A stretch of 64,000 nt of DNA from Macrostomum lignano. Its lineage: Eukaryota. The notes beneath the pieces were generated by a model. The model was not told the DNA's origin. It saw nothing but the letters and a program-made list of their open reading frames with translations, and searched no databases. The position numbers were made by a program, and so were the translations under genes. Shown piece after piece: positions 1 through 37,805 of this stretch. Each line of letters starts with the position of its first letter. Positions within the stretch are counted from its first letter, which is position 1. The DNA lies in the NCBI GenBank assembly GCA_002269645.1, contig NIVC01001670.1, positions 62,001 through 126,000 of the forward strand, given 5' to 3'.

Positions 1-780
1 AGTGTGAATCACCTAGTAAAATAGTGTGAATCACCTAGTAAAAGAGTGTGAATCACCTAGTAAAGAGTGTGAATCCCTCAGTAAGGAGTGTAAATCCCCC
101 AATAAAGAGTGTGAATCACCTAGTAAAATAGTGTGAATCACCTAGTAAAAGAGTGTGAATCACCTAGTAAAGAGTGTGAATCCCTCAGTAAGGAGTGTAA
201 ATCCCCCAATAAAGAGTGTGAATCACCTAGTAAAATAGTGTGAATCACCTAGTAAAAGAGTGTGAATCCCCTAGTACAGAGTGTGAATCCCCCAAAAAAG
301 AGTGTGAATCACCTAGTAAGAGTGTGAATCCCTCAGTAAAGAGTGTGAATCCCCCAATAGAGTGTGAATCACCTTTTAAAAGAGTGTGAATACGCTAGTA
401 AAGAGTGTGAATCCCCCAGTAAAGAGTGTGAATCCCCTGAGTAAATAGTGTGAATCCCTCAGTAAAGAGTGTGAATCACCTAGTAAAATAGTGTGAATCA
501 CCTAGTAAAAGAGTGTGAATCCCCTAGTAAAGAGTGTGAATCCCCTAGTAAAGAGTGTGAATCCCTGAGTAAATAGTGTGAATCCTCCAATAAAGAGTGT
601 GAATCACCTAGTAAGAGTGTGAATCCCATAGTAAAGAGTGTGAATCCCTCAGTAAATAGTGTGAATCCCCCAAAAAAGAGTGTAAATCCCCAGTAAAGAG
701 TGTGAATCATCTAGTAAAGAGTGTGAATCACCTAGTAAGAGTGTGAATCCCCTAGTAAAGAGTGTGAATCCATCAGTTAA
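1..780. repeat. 20-22-bp minisatellite AGTGTGAATC(A/C)CCTAGTAAAG
   Basis: Tandem units run from the window edge; CaMKII intron. Confidence 0.95.
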
Positions 781-1211
781 GAATGCGTCCAGTTACTACA
801 GAAGCAACTTCAAGAGAAAATAATTTATAAGAAATTAGAAATTATGGGCAGCAAGTGACAAGAATAGCAAATGTTAATAATTTAAAGAGAATTATTATAT
901 GCAATACAAACATTATTTGACGGCGAAGCAAGAAATTAAGAATAAAATGAAAATTTTACAAGTGGAGCGCAATGACCAATACACGAGAGACAGTAGCCTT
1001 CAGTTGCAGAGGAATTACCAACCAATACGGGTACAATGTTAGAGTAAGCCATTAAGTTTATTCAGAGTGAAAGCTAAGTGTAAAATTATGCACAGTTAAC
1101 TTAGAAATAGCTGCATATTACTTCATAGTGGAATAAACGGTTAAGAAATCAATAAAATATTGAATTATTAAAATATATCAAGCATTGACACAGACGGCGG
1201 CTCGTACTTAC

Positions 1212-25770
<24,559 letters not shown>

Positions 25771-26017
25771 TCTGTCATAGGCATACTGAAAAAGCAAACT
25801 AATCGATTGATTCTTTAGCCTTCTAAGAAACTTATGTCGCTTTAAATTTCCATAATTTCAAAACCAAAATTCTGATAATACCAAGGCAATGCCTTTGAAA
25901 GGTTTAAAATTGCAGAAACAATTTATATTAATGTTTTAGATTATATATTTAACTAAAAATTTACACAAAGTTTTGTTAAATCGCTTTGCTGTTAAAAAAT
26001 TGAAAAACGGTATATAC

Positions 26018-28798
26018 CGCGTCCGCGGGTGTGTATAAAAGCTGGCACTGGCACATTGGACACATTGGACACCCCTTTTTATAACAAAATTAGATATGAA
26101 AATGCAGAATAAACTTGCGGAGATACTTTTAAATAATTTAAAAAATTGATAATAATAGAAATGACAGCCTTGCTTTCGTGATAGATGATTTGTTAAATAT
26201 TCTTTGTATTATCGTTTTTTGTACATGTTTAATTTGGCATTCGATTTTTTAAAATAATCGCACATGCAAAAACTGCAGCTTGCAATGCTATTACACTGTG
26301 ATTTTACTACCCCGAAGGTTCTGTACTACAGGCGTACCGATTTAATGCTAAATATGTCTGATATATGAAATGATCAAACTAATAGTCAGAACTCAATTTT
26401 CCATAAAATGATGAAGCATTCTGCTCTTATAAAAAAACCACAACTTATTTTGTTAGGATTACTTCATGAAGAACGAACTTTGGATATTCCAAATTGCAAG
26501 TATTTCTATATTAAAAAAGTTAATACATTGGCAGATTATTTGATGAAAAAATTGCACCCAAAAAGTTTTTTTTACTTTGTAAGATGATGATTAAATTAAT
26601 AATTTCCAAGCTTCTTCTTTTATTAGTTCAATTACTTTTTGTATGATTTCAACCAACAAAAAAAGGAATAGCTACTCAGTGAAAGTTCAAATTACAGTCT
26701 CTTCTTTATATACAATCCTTTTAAGAAAACATTATTATGAATAATTTGCCAAGTCATGATATTTAAGAAATTGTGCTAATCATTTAAATTATGAGTTAAA
26801 AAATGCAAGCATATAAGTAAAAAATCTACCTCACAGACCAAGAAGTCTTTTTACTGAAAGTTTATATGTGACGCTTTGAAAAAACAACATATAAACCATC
26901 TTCACATAACATTTATTGTCATTTATTTCAGACCTAAATCCTTTAGCACATAAATATTCTGCACATATGTTGCAGGGTATACTTCCTTCTTCTAAAATCC
27001 TACAAATGCCACAAAGTTTTAATAGGCAAATTTATTCGTATTGTTTATATTAATATTTCTATATTTATGAGAAGTTTTCCAATAAGAACAAGTTCCCAAT
27101 CAGTAAAACACTATATTTTAATTCTAATGTCCAAAATTATGGCATTCTAAGGGACCAAGTGATAGGTTTTAAGCTACTATTAGCACCTGCATGATTTATT
27201 TATTTAATACCTACACATTCCTTAATGTCTATAGTTCGCCTAATTGCCTAATTGCTAACCCTAATTCTAGCCTTCTTGGCTTACAAGTTTGAGTCTTCAC
27301 AGCATATTATTCAATTCAAGCCCTACTAATTTTATTAGCCTCTCTTAATTTTATAAAATAATAATTTTCTTTAGTGTAACTGCTCCAAAAATTTCAACTT
27401 TAATTTAAGTGGTGTGCCGAAACACCACTTGCACCATTACAGCCGTCTATAATTTTTTGTGCTAATTGGTTGACCACTTTCAATAATTTTCTTGGGTCAA
27501 GAGTGTGATATATGCATATTGCAGCATGAATTTTTTAAAGAATCCCTAATTTTATACAAGGAATCATATATATTTATAGAAAGTTAGCTCTTAGAGTAGA
27601 GATAAAGTACATAAGACTATTAATAGCAACTTTTCATACAATTGCTTATGGTAATGATTTCTATTGTTATAAAGTTACAAATAAATAAAAAGTTACATTG
27701 CATTTAAACTGTACTTTATGAGTTGTAAGCCTTTCAACTCAGAGTTCACTTCAATTGCTTTAATATACATTGCTAGATGTTATTTAGCATTTCTTTGTTA
27801 TTTATCATTTAACTCATTGCATTGTTTAATTGCTAATTTCATTTGCTCAGCTGCAATATTTATTACTTTTTTATTAATGCCAATGTTTGTAATACTTTTT
27901 CTCCCCATTTTTAGTGTTTGTGGTATTCTTTTGTCAAATTTTAATTTTCCGCTGTATCTATCTTTACAAAAAATTGTACCTGTAAACTTATGGTTTTTTT
28001 GCTTACAATGGTGCTGTACTAAATTATATTTATTTCCTTGTTAGATTCTCTAAATTGAAAAAGTAATGCACTGCTTTATTATCATGCATATTGAATATTA
28101 AGGATAGTTAGTATTCCTTCCTTGAAAAAGATTCTAGAGTTGGATTCTATTTGATAAGAGAATAAATAATTTATTGAGTTTAAATGTTTTTAAAACATTA
28201 ATTAATTGCATTTTGATGGAAATCACAACTTAAAAAATTATTCGTTTTTTTATTTAAGACACGGGGGATTTTAAAAATCCATATTAACAGCAAATCAAAC
28301 ATTAACATTATGGGAGAGAGAGAGAGAGAAGGATTAGATTCACTTTCACCATTGCTGTTGATTTATGGAAAGGCAGTAAACAAGCCAGAGCAGCTGCAAA
28401 TAGTCAAATATGCCATGTCCGGCAATAAAATTCTGCAACTAGTCTGCTGCTCACTTTTTCCAACGTTTATTGAGGACAAGAAACGGCATTTAATGTTTCT
28501 ATGTTTTCTGTAAGTGCACCAACTAGGTAAATGAAAATGACGTACCGAAAGTAGTTCGACAATAAAGCAAGATAAGAAATGAATTTAAATGTAGAATAAA
28601 ACTTGTTGATACTACCAATCTCATGGTTGTTAGAAGTATATGAAAAAGTGCAATTATAAATAAATATTTACATTTTTATTCGAAAGCCAAAGTATATTTA
28701 TTCAAGCAAAACAACGATCAAAACTCGATTTTTGTTAACATAAGGGGTGTCCAATGTGCCAATGGTGCCCTGCTTTTATACAGACCCCCGCGTCCGCG
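26018..28798 (-). mobile_element. Possible decayed DNA transposon bounded by ~70-bp inverted repeats, with a piggyBac-like Cys-rich remnant
   Basis: 26018-26090 and 28729-28798 are imperfect inverted repeats (TGTATAAAAGC..GGCACATTGGACACCCCTT). An ATG-less minus-strand frame at 26909-27013 reads CGICRILEEGSIPCNICAEYLC..KCY. No clear TSD. Confidence 0.45.
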
Positions 28799-29639
28799 TC
28801 TAGAAAAAAATCCTATACGCTCTTTCAAATATTGTATTTTATACAATTTTGTTATCACCTGATGAATATCTATATAACTTATTTTTATAACCTAAGGGCT
28901 AAACTGTCTTGCGCAATATCGCCAACTACATACATAAATTTCACGCAATACTTTTTTAACTCCTTGCTTTTTCTGTCACCTCGTTAGTCGTCCAAAGTTT
29001 CGTCAACAAAATTTACGCGTTCTTTCAAATACTATATCGCTAAACTCGTTTATTGGTAACTAATGCTAAAATAACTAATGCTAAAATATTGCCTTCTGTT
29101 CCTGAAGTAATCTTAAAATACACAGAAATATATTGGCCAAACAGGCTTCTTGCCTGAGCCAAACTTACTACTACTACTACTACTTACTACTACTACTGCT
29201 TAAATCGCAAAATTTTATTATAAGCTCAGTAATTGATTTAGTGATACTCCAATTCACACTTTTCACACTGCAGTTTCATTCATTTGTTGTAACCTGATCT
29301 ATTTAAGTTATACTGCAAATGTAGGCCTAGTCAGACCTATCTTACGGCTATCTACTTATTCTATTTCTACTATACTTTAGTATACTGTGCTAATGTGCTA
29401 TATGGGTCTACTCATTTACATTATTCTGCATGTTAATTGTCTTATCAATATCAGTCAGAGTATCAGACCTATCTTAAAATTTAGCCTGAATTTTAAACAA
29501 TAACAGATCTATGCTGCATTGGTTTGTAATTTTAAAGTTTCAAAATTTAGGCCTATTCCTACCAATACCATTTTTAGTAGTGAATGTCTAATGAGGTCCA
29601 AAAAATTACATCTTTGGACTTTATCCATATTTTATATGG

Positions 29640-30480
29640 AGTACTTATATAGAAATGGTGGCCATGTCTATAATGTTGGAGCTTATAGATCATGTAAGCA
29701 CACATGGTACCATTGCATTTAATTTTTGGAGTACTTATAGGCATGGCGGCCGTGTCTATAATATTTGAGCTTATAGGCATGGCTATAATCATTGATATAA
29801 AATGCATGTTCTGTAGGGCTCTCTCACAAGCAAACGGTGGCTTAGTAGATATGTTGATTGCCTTGTGATCACGTGTAGCAAGGGTTCAAATCCCAAGTGG
29901 TCAGTGTTTTTTATTTGAAATTTTTTAGCAAATAGAATTTTTTTCTATCTTGATTTTTTTAGGTTTTTAATTAAAGTAAAATAATAAATTAAAATAAAAT
30001 AAATTAAATTTTTTAATAAGAGTAACACTCAATCTTAAAGTGAGGCTAATATGTATCAAAAAAATATTTCTTTTTTAGTAGCTACCACATGTTACTCTTG
30101 ACTTTAAAATTTAATTTAATTTAATTGTTAAAAAATTTCAAATAAGAAAAAACCAATCAATGATTTTTTCATCTAATTGATGATTATATATATGGCAGCC
30201 ATGCCTTTAAGCTCCAATATTTAAGACACAGCCACCCACTATGTCTTTAAGTATGAACCCATTCAATATTAACGACATGGCTGCCATGCAAGTTTCATTG
30301 ACATGGTAGCCATGTCTCTAATAGTGACTAGGTCCATTGATACATCTATAATGCAGAAACTTATAGACATGGCAGCCATGTCTATAAATATGAGCCTAGT
30401 CACTATTAGAGACACGGCCACCATGTCTAAAAGTTTTTGCATTATAGACATGGTCGCCATGTCTCTAAGTATGGCATTTA
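29640..30480. mobile_element. Foldback element with a tRNA-like Pol III promoter in its left arm
   Basis: Inverted arms such as GGCCGTGTCTATAATATTTGAGCTTATAGGCATGGCT vs AGCCATGCCTTTAAGCTCCAATATTTAAGACACAGCC, and TTATTTGAAATTTTTTAGCAA vs TTGTTAAAAAATTTCAAATAA. Recurrent GACATGGCAGCCATGTC subrepeats. Confidence 0.5.
29833..29912 (+). other. Degenerate tRNA-derived (SINE-head-like) Pol III unit; not a functional tRNA
   Basis: A-box-like TGGCTTAGTAG at 29838-29848, B-box-like GGTTCAAATCC at 29883-29893, T6 run at about 29907. No clean cloverleaf. Confidence 0.4.
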
Positions 30481-33400
30481 AGTTTAGCAATAAAGCAATG
30501 GCTATCATCTTTAATATCAAATGGATTCTATATAAGGGACACAGCCACCCTTGGCCTATAGTTCAGAAGGCAGATATGTACCACTAAGATTTCCCAGCAT
30601 ACAATAAGGGTCTTACTATTTTTCAATGTATATCAGGGTATATCCCGGTGTATATAACAAAGCAGATACATTGTGTCAAGTGACAATTTTTTTGTAATGG
30701 CATACAAACCTGGCGTATTGTGTATAAACAAGGTCTTGTCATTTTTTCTAGCATTAAACAGGTTTGGTGTACACTAATATACAATCCAAACTATGGCCCT
30801 TGGCCTCTGTGTCTTTAAGTATAAACTCATTCTATATTAATGACATAGCTATTGACATTGTGCAGATTTCATTGACATAACCATTGTCTCTAGTATGAGA
30901 GGCATTCTATATTGTATAAGCATAGCTGCTGTGTCTATTAGTCTAAAAGCTCAAATATTATAGTCATGATAGCCTGGCTATGTTTATAAGTATAGACCTT
31001 ATCACTATTAGAAACATGGGGGTACATGGCCATTATCTTTGATTTGTATAAGTTTTTGGATTATATATAATATATATGGCTGCCATGTATATATGCCATA
31101 GTCTGGATCATAATAGGTATACACCCAAACAAAAATTGAATAATTGCAAATTAAAATTTTGTGCACATCTATTCTCAAAAAATGCTGGTATTGCAACAAT
31201 AAATGACCTTTTTTATTTTGTGACAATAAATGACCTTTTTCAAATTGTATAATAGACCCTTATTAGTAGATAATATAGTTGATTTTTATGCTTTTTGGCA
31301 ATACCATTTATAGTAGAAAATTGATACATGCAAAGATTTGTTTATATGCTTTTTACAAGCTTGAAAAAACAGGAAAGCTTGAAATTTATGCTTAAAATTA
31401 ACTTTTTTTCATTTTTTTCTACTTCACAATAACTTTTATGCATGATTCTATGAAGTGCATGCCAGCTATGCACACATACTATCTTAGGAGTGATGCACGC
31501 CAACTATGCATGCCTAATTTTGGCATGCAAGGCCAATGCACACCCAAATTTTTAGGCATATACTATATGAATATGATCTGGAGTGTGGTATATATACATG
31601 TCTTTAAATATGATATATTTTATATGCTTTTTTGAAGCAAACATCAATGCATAACTTTATAGTCAATTTCTTAATTATTTACATAGTCTAATATCCACAC
31701 TTTAATTTTGCTGCCTGTGCTTTTTGGTACCTAGCATTTTGGTGCCCCAGCTTGCTATTTGGTGCTTAAATTATACATTAGAATTGGATACAAAAATATA
31801 GAAATTGAGTCTTAATTTAGCAGTAAGTGCTTTGTCTTTGCAGTACTTATTTATTGTAAAAAACTAAGGTATTATTTATTTTGTTAAGCTGACTTGGGTT
31901 ATTAATTTAAAAAAATAGATTTTGTTTCATTTCAATATAATTTTTTCTCTGCACAGACTCTCAATTGTTTGATTCAATTTACTTCCAAGTTGCTAGCCAC
32001 CTCTTAGCCACATCAAAATTTTAAACTCATGCCCCAAATGCGCTTGTAATATAATCTTATAGATTATAGTCTAATAGTTATACCCCAAAACATTTCAGCT
32101 CATTAAATAATATTCACTTCATTTCCTAGGCAGTTTTATGAAATAAAACATGATCGGGAGATTCAAAAAATCAATACTAAAAAAGACTTGTCACATTTCA
32201 AATTTTTGATCAAAACTTTATATAGCATCATTGATAGATTTCAACTTTACCTAACTAAGCCTTCATAGTACTAGCATGCTTGCTGAGTATAGCTAGCTTG
32301 TATTGTATATACAGGATATAGCTAATAGGATTTCTTTTTTATTATAATTTTAGTATCTTAAACTAAGGTACCAAAATGCATGGAAACCCCTAGTCATAGT
32401 TATCTGCCAGTTCATTATCTAGGGTGAGTTTATTGCCTACCTAAATTTCAGTCATTGTCATTTTAATTGGGGTGTAGCCTAGCATGCAATAATTGAAAGA
32501 GAAGAATCATTTTGTCATAAAATATTATTAATATTATCAATTATAAATGAATTAACATGTCATAGTCCAGATCATGGCAAGCTGGATTTTTCATTGTTGC
32601 TAACTGCTAAAATGCAAAATTGCATCTAGGATCCAATTTCAAAATATGATATAGAAAGACCATATAGGAGCATAAAAATTGCTTGCACATAAATTGCCTG
32701 CTAAGATTTGCCTACAGGAGTTAGTTAGGATAGATGCAGTAGAGCAATAACTCAAGTAGTCATGCAAATTAATTATCTTAGTGCATTACCAAATCCATAG
32801 CTAGCCACCTAACTGCACCTAGAACCATTGTTTATTAATGGTTTTTTAGAAGGCTACATGTTCACTAGTTGGCAGTTAAATAATCTATAATAAATCTTTG
32901 GATTGAATAGAATCCATTATTAGTATTTTTTATTATTAAACTGAACAGAGACTAAAATTTTTAAAGGAAATAATTAAATGTACAAAAGTAAAACATTGTC
33001 TAAAGTTGCTTTTATATTAACTATTCTTACAATATACTCTTTTAGAAGCAAAATAGATTTATTTTTCTTCTTTTTGTCTTTTACTAATACTAGGCCTAGA
33101 CTATTAAGCATCTGTTTTTTCTATAATTTTTATTTTGCACATTTTCTACTATTTTCATTTTAGTCTCTATTTGCTTTTTTAAAAAGAGCATTAGATAAAA
33201 ATCTAGCTATACTGTATAGGCCAAACTTGAATATGGACATTTTGTATGTCAACAGTGTATGCCAATGTTTGACCAAAAAAAAATCCAAAGCCTTGACATC
33301 TCAGCAATTCTCCTTGTAAGTCTTGGCAGGTCCATAGACATTTCTCTAAGGCACTCCATGCAATGTCTTGAAATCAAGAGTCAAATTGACTTAAAAATTT

Positions 33401-33506
33401 TACTTTTAGCCTTCCTAAAAAACTAATATCATTTCAATGCAAAAGTGCTTTCGCTTGTTGCAGAAACTTTAGTTTGCTATTTTTAGCAAATTCCGAGAAA
33501 TTCAAC

Positions 33507-36500
33507 ATGAGTCTACTAAGTGAAGTTGAGCGTGATGAAGAGCGTCGTGTAAGTTAAAGCCTGATGATTTCTAAATGATGAATGCTACCTGATAATTGAC
33601 AGTGATGGCAGATTTTATTTCTATTTCAGGCTGGAGCCCGAGGCGATGGCGATGTTGATCAGCGTAAGTGTTTTAATCAATTAGTTGCTTTCTAGAATAT
33701 GTATTGGTAGTAGACTTTGCGCCTCGAGTGAGTAAAGTACACCGTATCCTATTTTTGTGCCTCAAGTGAGTAAAGTACACCGTATCCTGTTCTTTTGCCT
33801 CGAGTGAGTAGAGTACACCGTATCCTATTTTTGCGCCTCGAGTGAGTAAAGTACACCGTATCCTATTTTTGTGCCTCTCACGCAGCCGCCAACGCCCAGG
33901 AGCTGGCCGCCATGAGCAAACTGATTGGCGGCTCCGGGCTGCTCGATGTCCGCGAAGGCGAACTAGAGGTGCAGCAGCGAAATCCGAACTCGCCGTTGCA
34001 CTCGGTGAAGGCGTTCGAGCAGCTCAACCTGTCGCCCAAGCTCATCCGCGGCATCTACCAGATGGGCTTCATGCGGCCGTCCCGCATCCAGGAGAAGGCG
34101 CTGCCGGCTCTGGTGGCCGACCCGCCGATCAACATGATCGCACAGAGCCAGTCGGGCACGGGCAAAACCGCCGCATTCCTGCTCACTATGCTCAGCCGAG
34201 TCGATCCCAATGAGAACTATTGCCAGTGCCTGTGCCTGGCGCCCACCTTCGAGCTGGCCAAACAGATTGGCGAAGTCTGCAAGCGGATGGCCGCCTACAT
34301 GCCCGAGGTGAAGATCGGCTACGCCACTAGGGAGGAGAAGTACACCAGGGACTCCTATAGCAACCACCACATCCTCATCGCCACGCCGGGGACCGCTCAG
34401 GTGGGTGAAGCTTTTTGAGCTGGCATTTTAACTGTGTAAAATGCATAAAAACTTCGCCTAGCATTTCTCTCTACCTGCTCCATTCTCTTCATTTCCCTCT
34501 TCCCCCTTCCCTTTCTCCCCTTCCTTCTTTTCCCCTTCCCTCTTCTCCCCTCTCCTCTTCTCCCCTTCCCTCTTCTCCCCTTTCCTCTTCTCACCTTCCC
34601 TCTTCTCACCTTCCCTCTTCTCCCCTTCCCTCTTTTCCCCTTCCCTCTTCTCCCCTTTCCTCTTCTCCCCTTCCCTCTTCTCCCCTTTCCTCTTCTCCCC
34701 TTCCCTCTTCTCACCTTCCCTCTTCTCCCCTTCCCTCTTCTCCCCGTCCCTCTTCTCACCTTCCCTCTTCTCCCCTTCCCTCTTCTCACCTTCCTTCTTC
34801 TCACCTTCCCTCTTCTCACCTTCCCTCTTCTCCCCTTCCCTCTTTTCCCCTTCCCTCTTCTCCCTTTCCCTCTTCTCCCCTTCCCTCTTCTCCCCGTCCC
34901 TGTTCTCCCCTTCCCTCTTCTCCCCGTCCCTCTTCTCCCCGTCCCTCTTCTCCCCGTCCCTCTTCTCCCCGTCCCTCTTCTCCCCTTCCCTCTTCTCTCT
35001 GTATTAGGGCTCATTGTTCCGTCAGTTTCATATTCACCAGTCGCACCAATGACAGTATCGCCCACCTCTGACTGACAGGACTGGGTGATGCGCTACCGCA
35101 TAATCAACATGGCCAAGCTGCGGGTGTTCGTCCTAGACGAGGCCGATGTGCTTATCGACCAGCAGGCGTTTCGCGACATCTCCGTCCGGCTGTCCCGCCA
35201 CCTGAGCCCCGGCTGCCAGATCCTGCTGTTCTCCGCCACCTTCGAAGAGCCCGTCGTTGAATTCGCGCGCACCGTCGTGCCCGAGGCTGCCACCATTCGG
35301 CTGAAACGGCAGGAGCTGACTCTGGACAACCTGCTGCAGGTGTTCGCCCGCCCGGCTAATATCGACATCAAGTACCAGTACGTGACCCTGACATTCGGCC
35401 TGTTTGGCCTGGCCCAGTGCATGGTGAGTGCTATCGAACTTGTCCTTTTTGCGTGTCTGTCTCTGCCTGTCTTAGTGTCTGTCTGTCTGTTCGTCTGTCT
35501 GCCTGTCTCAGTGTCTGTCTCTGTCTGTCTGTCCGTCTGTCTGTGTGTCTCTCTGTCTGTCTGTTCGTCTGTCTGCCTGTCTCTGTCTGTCTGTGTGTCT
35601 CTCTGTCTGTGTGTGTGTGTCTGGCTGTCTGGCTGTCTGACTGTCTGTCTGTCTTAGTGTCCGTCTGTCTGGTCGTCTGTCTGTCTGTTTGTCTGAATGT
35701 CTGTTCGTCTATGTCTGTCCGGCTGTCTGAATGTCTGTTCGTCTGTGTCTGTCTGTCTGTCTGGCTGTCTGTCTGTCTGTCTGTCTGAATGTCTGTTCGT
35801 CTGTGTCTGTCTGTCTGTCTGTCTATCCGTCTGCTTACCCAAATTCTCGCAGGTATTCTGCCAGAGCCGTCGCGAGGCCGAGGTGCTGCAGAAGCGGCTG
35901 CAGTCCGACGGGCACGACAGCCTGGTCCTGCACGGCCAGATGGAGATCTCCGATCGGGCCAGCATTATTAGGCGCTATCGCAACTCGGAGGTGCGAATTC
36001 TCATCACTACAAACGTGCTGGCTCGAGGCATCGATATTGCACAGGTAAGAAATAGGGGGTCGCCATCATAGACCCATAATATCATAACGTCGAAAACTAG
36101 AATAGCATCGGTCTTATGATGGCCGTTGCTAGCATTTTCGGTCTTATGGTACTTCGGGTTTGTCCCAGGTTTGAGTGATCAGAATCTCAGGTTTGTGTGA
36201 TCAGAATCCCATGTTTGTGGGATCAGAATCCCAGGTTTGTGTGATCAGAATCCCAGGTTTGTGGGATCAGAATCCCAGGTTTGTGTGATCAGAATCCCAG
36301 TTATGGGGATCAGAATTCCAGTTATGGGGATCAGAATCCCAGTTATAGGGATCAGAATTCCAGTTATGGGGATCAGAATCCTAGTTATGGGGATCAGAAT
36401 TCCAGTTATGGGGATCAGAATCCCAGTTATAGGGATCAGAATTCCAGTTATGAGGATCAGAATCCCAGTTATGGGGATCAGAATTTCAGTTATGGGGATC

Positions 36501-37318
36501 AGAATCCCAGTTATGGGGATCAGAATCCCAGTTATGGGGATCAGAATCCCAGTTATGGGGATCAGAATTTCAGTTATGGGGATCAGAATCCCAGTTATAG
36601 GGATCAGAATTCCAGTTATGGGGATCAGAATCCTAGTTATGGGGATCAGAATTCCAGTTATGGGGATCAGAATCCCAGTTATAGGGATCAGAATTCCAGT
36701 TATGAGGATCAGAATCCCAGTTATGGGGATCAGAATTTCAGTTATGGGGATCAGAATCCCAGTTATGGGGATCAGAATCCCAGTTATGGGGATCAGAATC
36801 CCAGTTATGGGGATCAGAATTTCAGTTATGGGGATCAGAATCCCAGTTATGGGGATCAGAATCCCAGTTATGGGGATCAGATTTCCAGTTAATCCCAGGT
36901 TTGTGGGATCAGAATCCGAAGTGTGGATTCGGACCAGATTGTCACTTAATGGATCTACCCCCCCCCCAGGTAAATGTGGTCATCAACTGGGAGCTGCCGG
37001 TGATGCGGGACCGCAGTCCGGACTTCGAGACCTACCTGCATCGCATTGGCCGGGCCGGCCGATTCGGCAAGAAGGGCATCGGGCTCAGCTTTGTTGTGGA
37101 CGACACCGATGAAAGGAATCTGCGCCAGATTGAGAAGCACTTCTGTGAGTTGTTTCCCAAACTGCTGTGTGCTCATTGCTTGAGTTTCATCAGCGACTTC
37201 ATTACTTAATGAGACTGTCGCCCTGTCTGCCTCACTCCGCCCAGGCACGCAAATTCACGAGATGAACATGGATGACCCGGTCCAGCTGAACGAGCTGCAG
37301 AAGAAGGTGCGCAAGTAG
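33507..37318 (+). CDS. DDX19: DEAD-box RNA helicase DDX19/DDX25/Dbp5 family (mRNA export), 458 aa
   Basis: Exons 33507-33548, 33630-33663, 33886-34400, 35079-35423, 35853-36044, 36970-37144, 37245-37318 join in frame (1377 nt). Motifs: QRNPNSPLHSVKAF, AQSQSGTGKT, LAPTFELA, ATPG, VLDEAD, LFSAT, TNVLARGID, HRIGRAGRFG. Confidence 0.95.
33718..33876. repeat. 38-bp repeat x4 in DDX19 intron 2
   Basis: GCCTCGAGTGAGTAAAGTACACCGTATCCTATTTTTGT units. Confidence 0.9.
34485..34998. repeat. 15-bp polypyrimidine minisatellite CTTCCCTCTTCTCCC (DDX19 intron 3)
   Basis: Near-pure pyrimidine/purine strand asymmetry. Confidence 0.95.
35450..35832. repeat. Degenerate (TGTC)n (DDX19 intron 4)
   Basis: Same family as 1497-2070, including the TGTCTTAGTGTC variant. 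Confidence 0.93.
36165..36915. repeat. 21-bp minisatellite GGGATCAGAATCCCAGTTATG (DDX19 intron 5)
   Basis: Contains a duplicated 12-unit (252-bp) block. Confidence 0.96.
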
Positions 37319-37799
37319 CTAACAAAAGCCAAGAGTGGACAATCGGACAAATGCCATTAATAATAATTTAGACCTGTCTTTTGTACCTTCCCTAGTGTGT
37401 ATCCGGTGCGAGCCGGGGCTAATCCCTCTGGCCTTCCTTTCGTTTCTGTTTCTTTATAAAATTCAGCAACAAGCTTGTTAGTTTGCTCTTTCTTTTTTCG
37501 TTATGTCGTGTTGCTCTGCACGTTGCTCTGCAAGAGGAAAGTCTGTTTTTCGATATTTGTAACAGTCTGCTTTTAGCGAGTTTTATGACGCAGTAAACGG
37601 GTATTTTGAACTAAGATACTAGTTAGTTTGCCAGTCCTGTTATGCTCGCCTACAGCCAGCTTTTGTGAGTTCCACGTGTGTTTCTGTTGAAAAGTAAATC
37701 CTTTGTTGCCTCCGTATCAGCACTGTTTGTGCTTTATATTGCATGTTTTAGTTTTTTTAATCAGTGTCAAGGAGGTCTTGTTCTGTTTTTAATTATTTG

Positions 37800-37805
37800 A
37801 ATAAA
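37800..37805 (+). terminator. Candidate poly(A) signal of DDX19
   Basis: AATAAA about 480 nt after the stop, following a U-rich 3' UTR. Confidence 0.5.

Noticed and set aside
33557-33600. C-box (TGATGA x2) and D-box (CTGA) motifs in DDX19 intron 1
   Set aside because: The span is about 36 nt in an 81-nt intron, too short for a C/D snoRNA, and there is no terminal stem.
36281-36892. YGDQNPS heptad ORF resembling the RNA polymerase II CTD (Y1, P6, S7 match)
   Set aside because: Lies wholly inside DDX19 intron 5, whose flanking exons join in frame; lacks S2/P3/S5; coincidence of a 21-bp unit.
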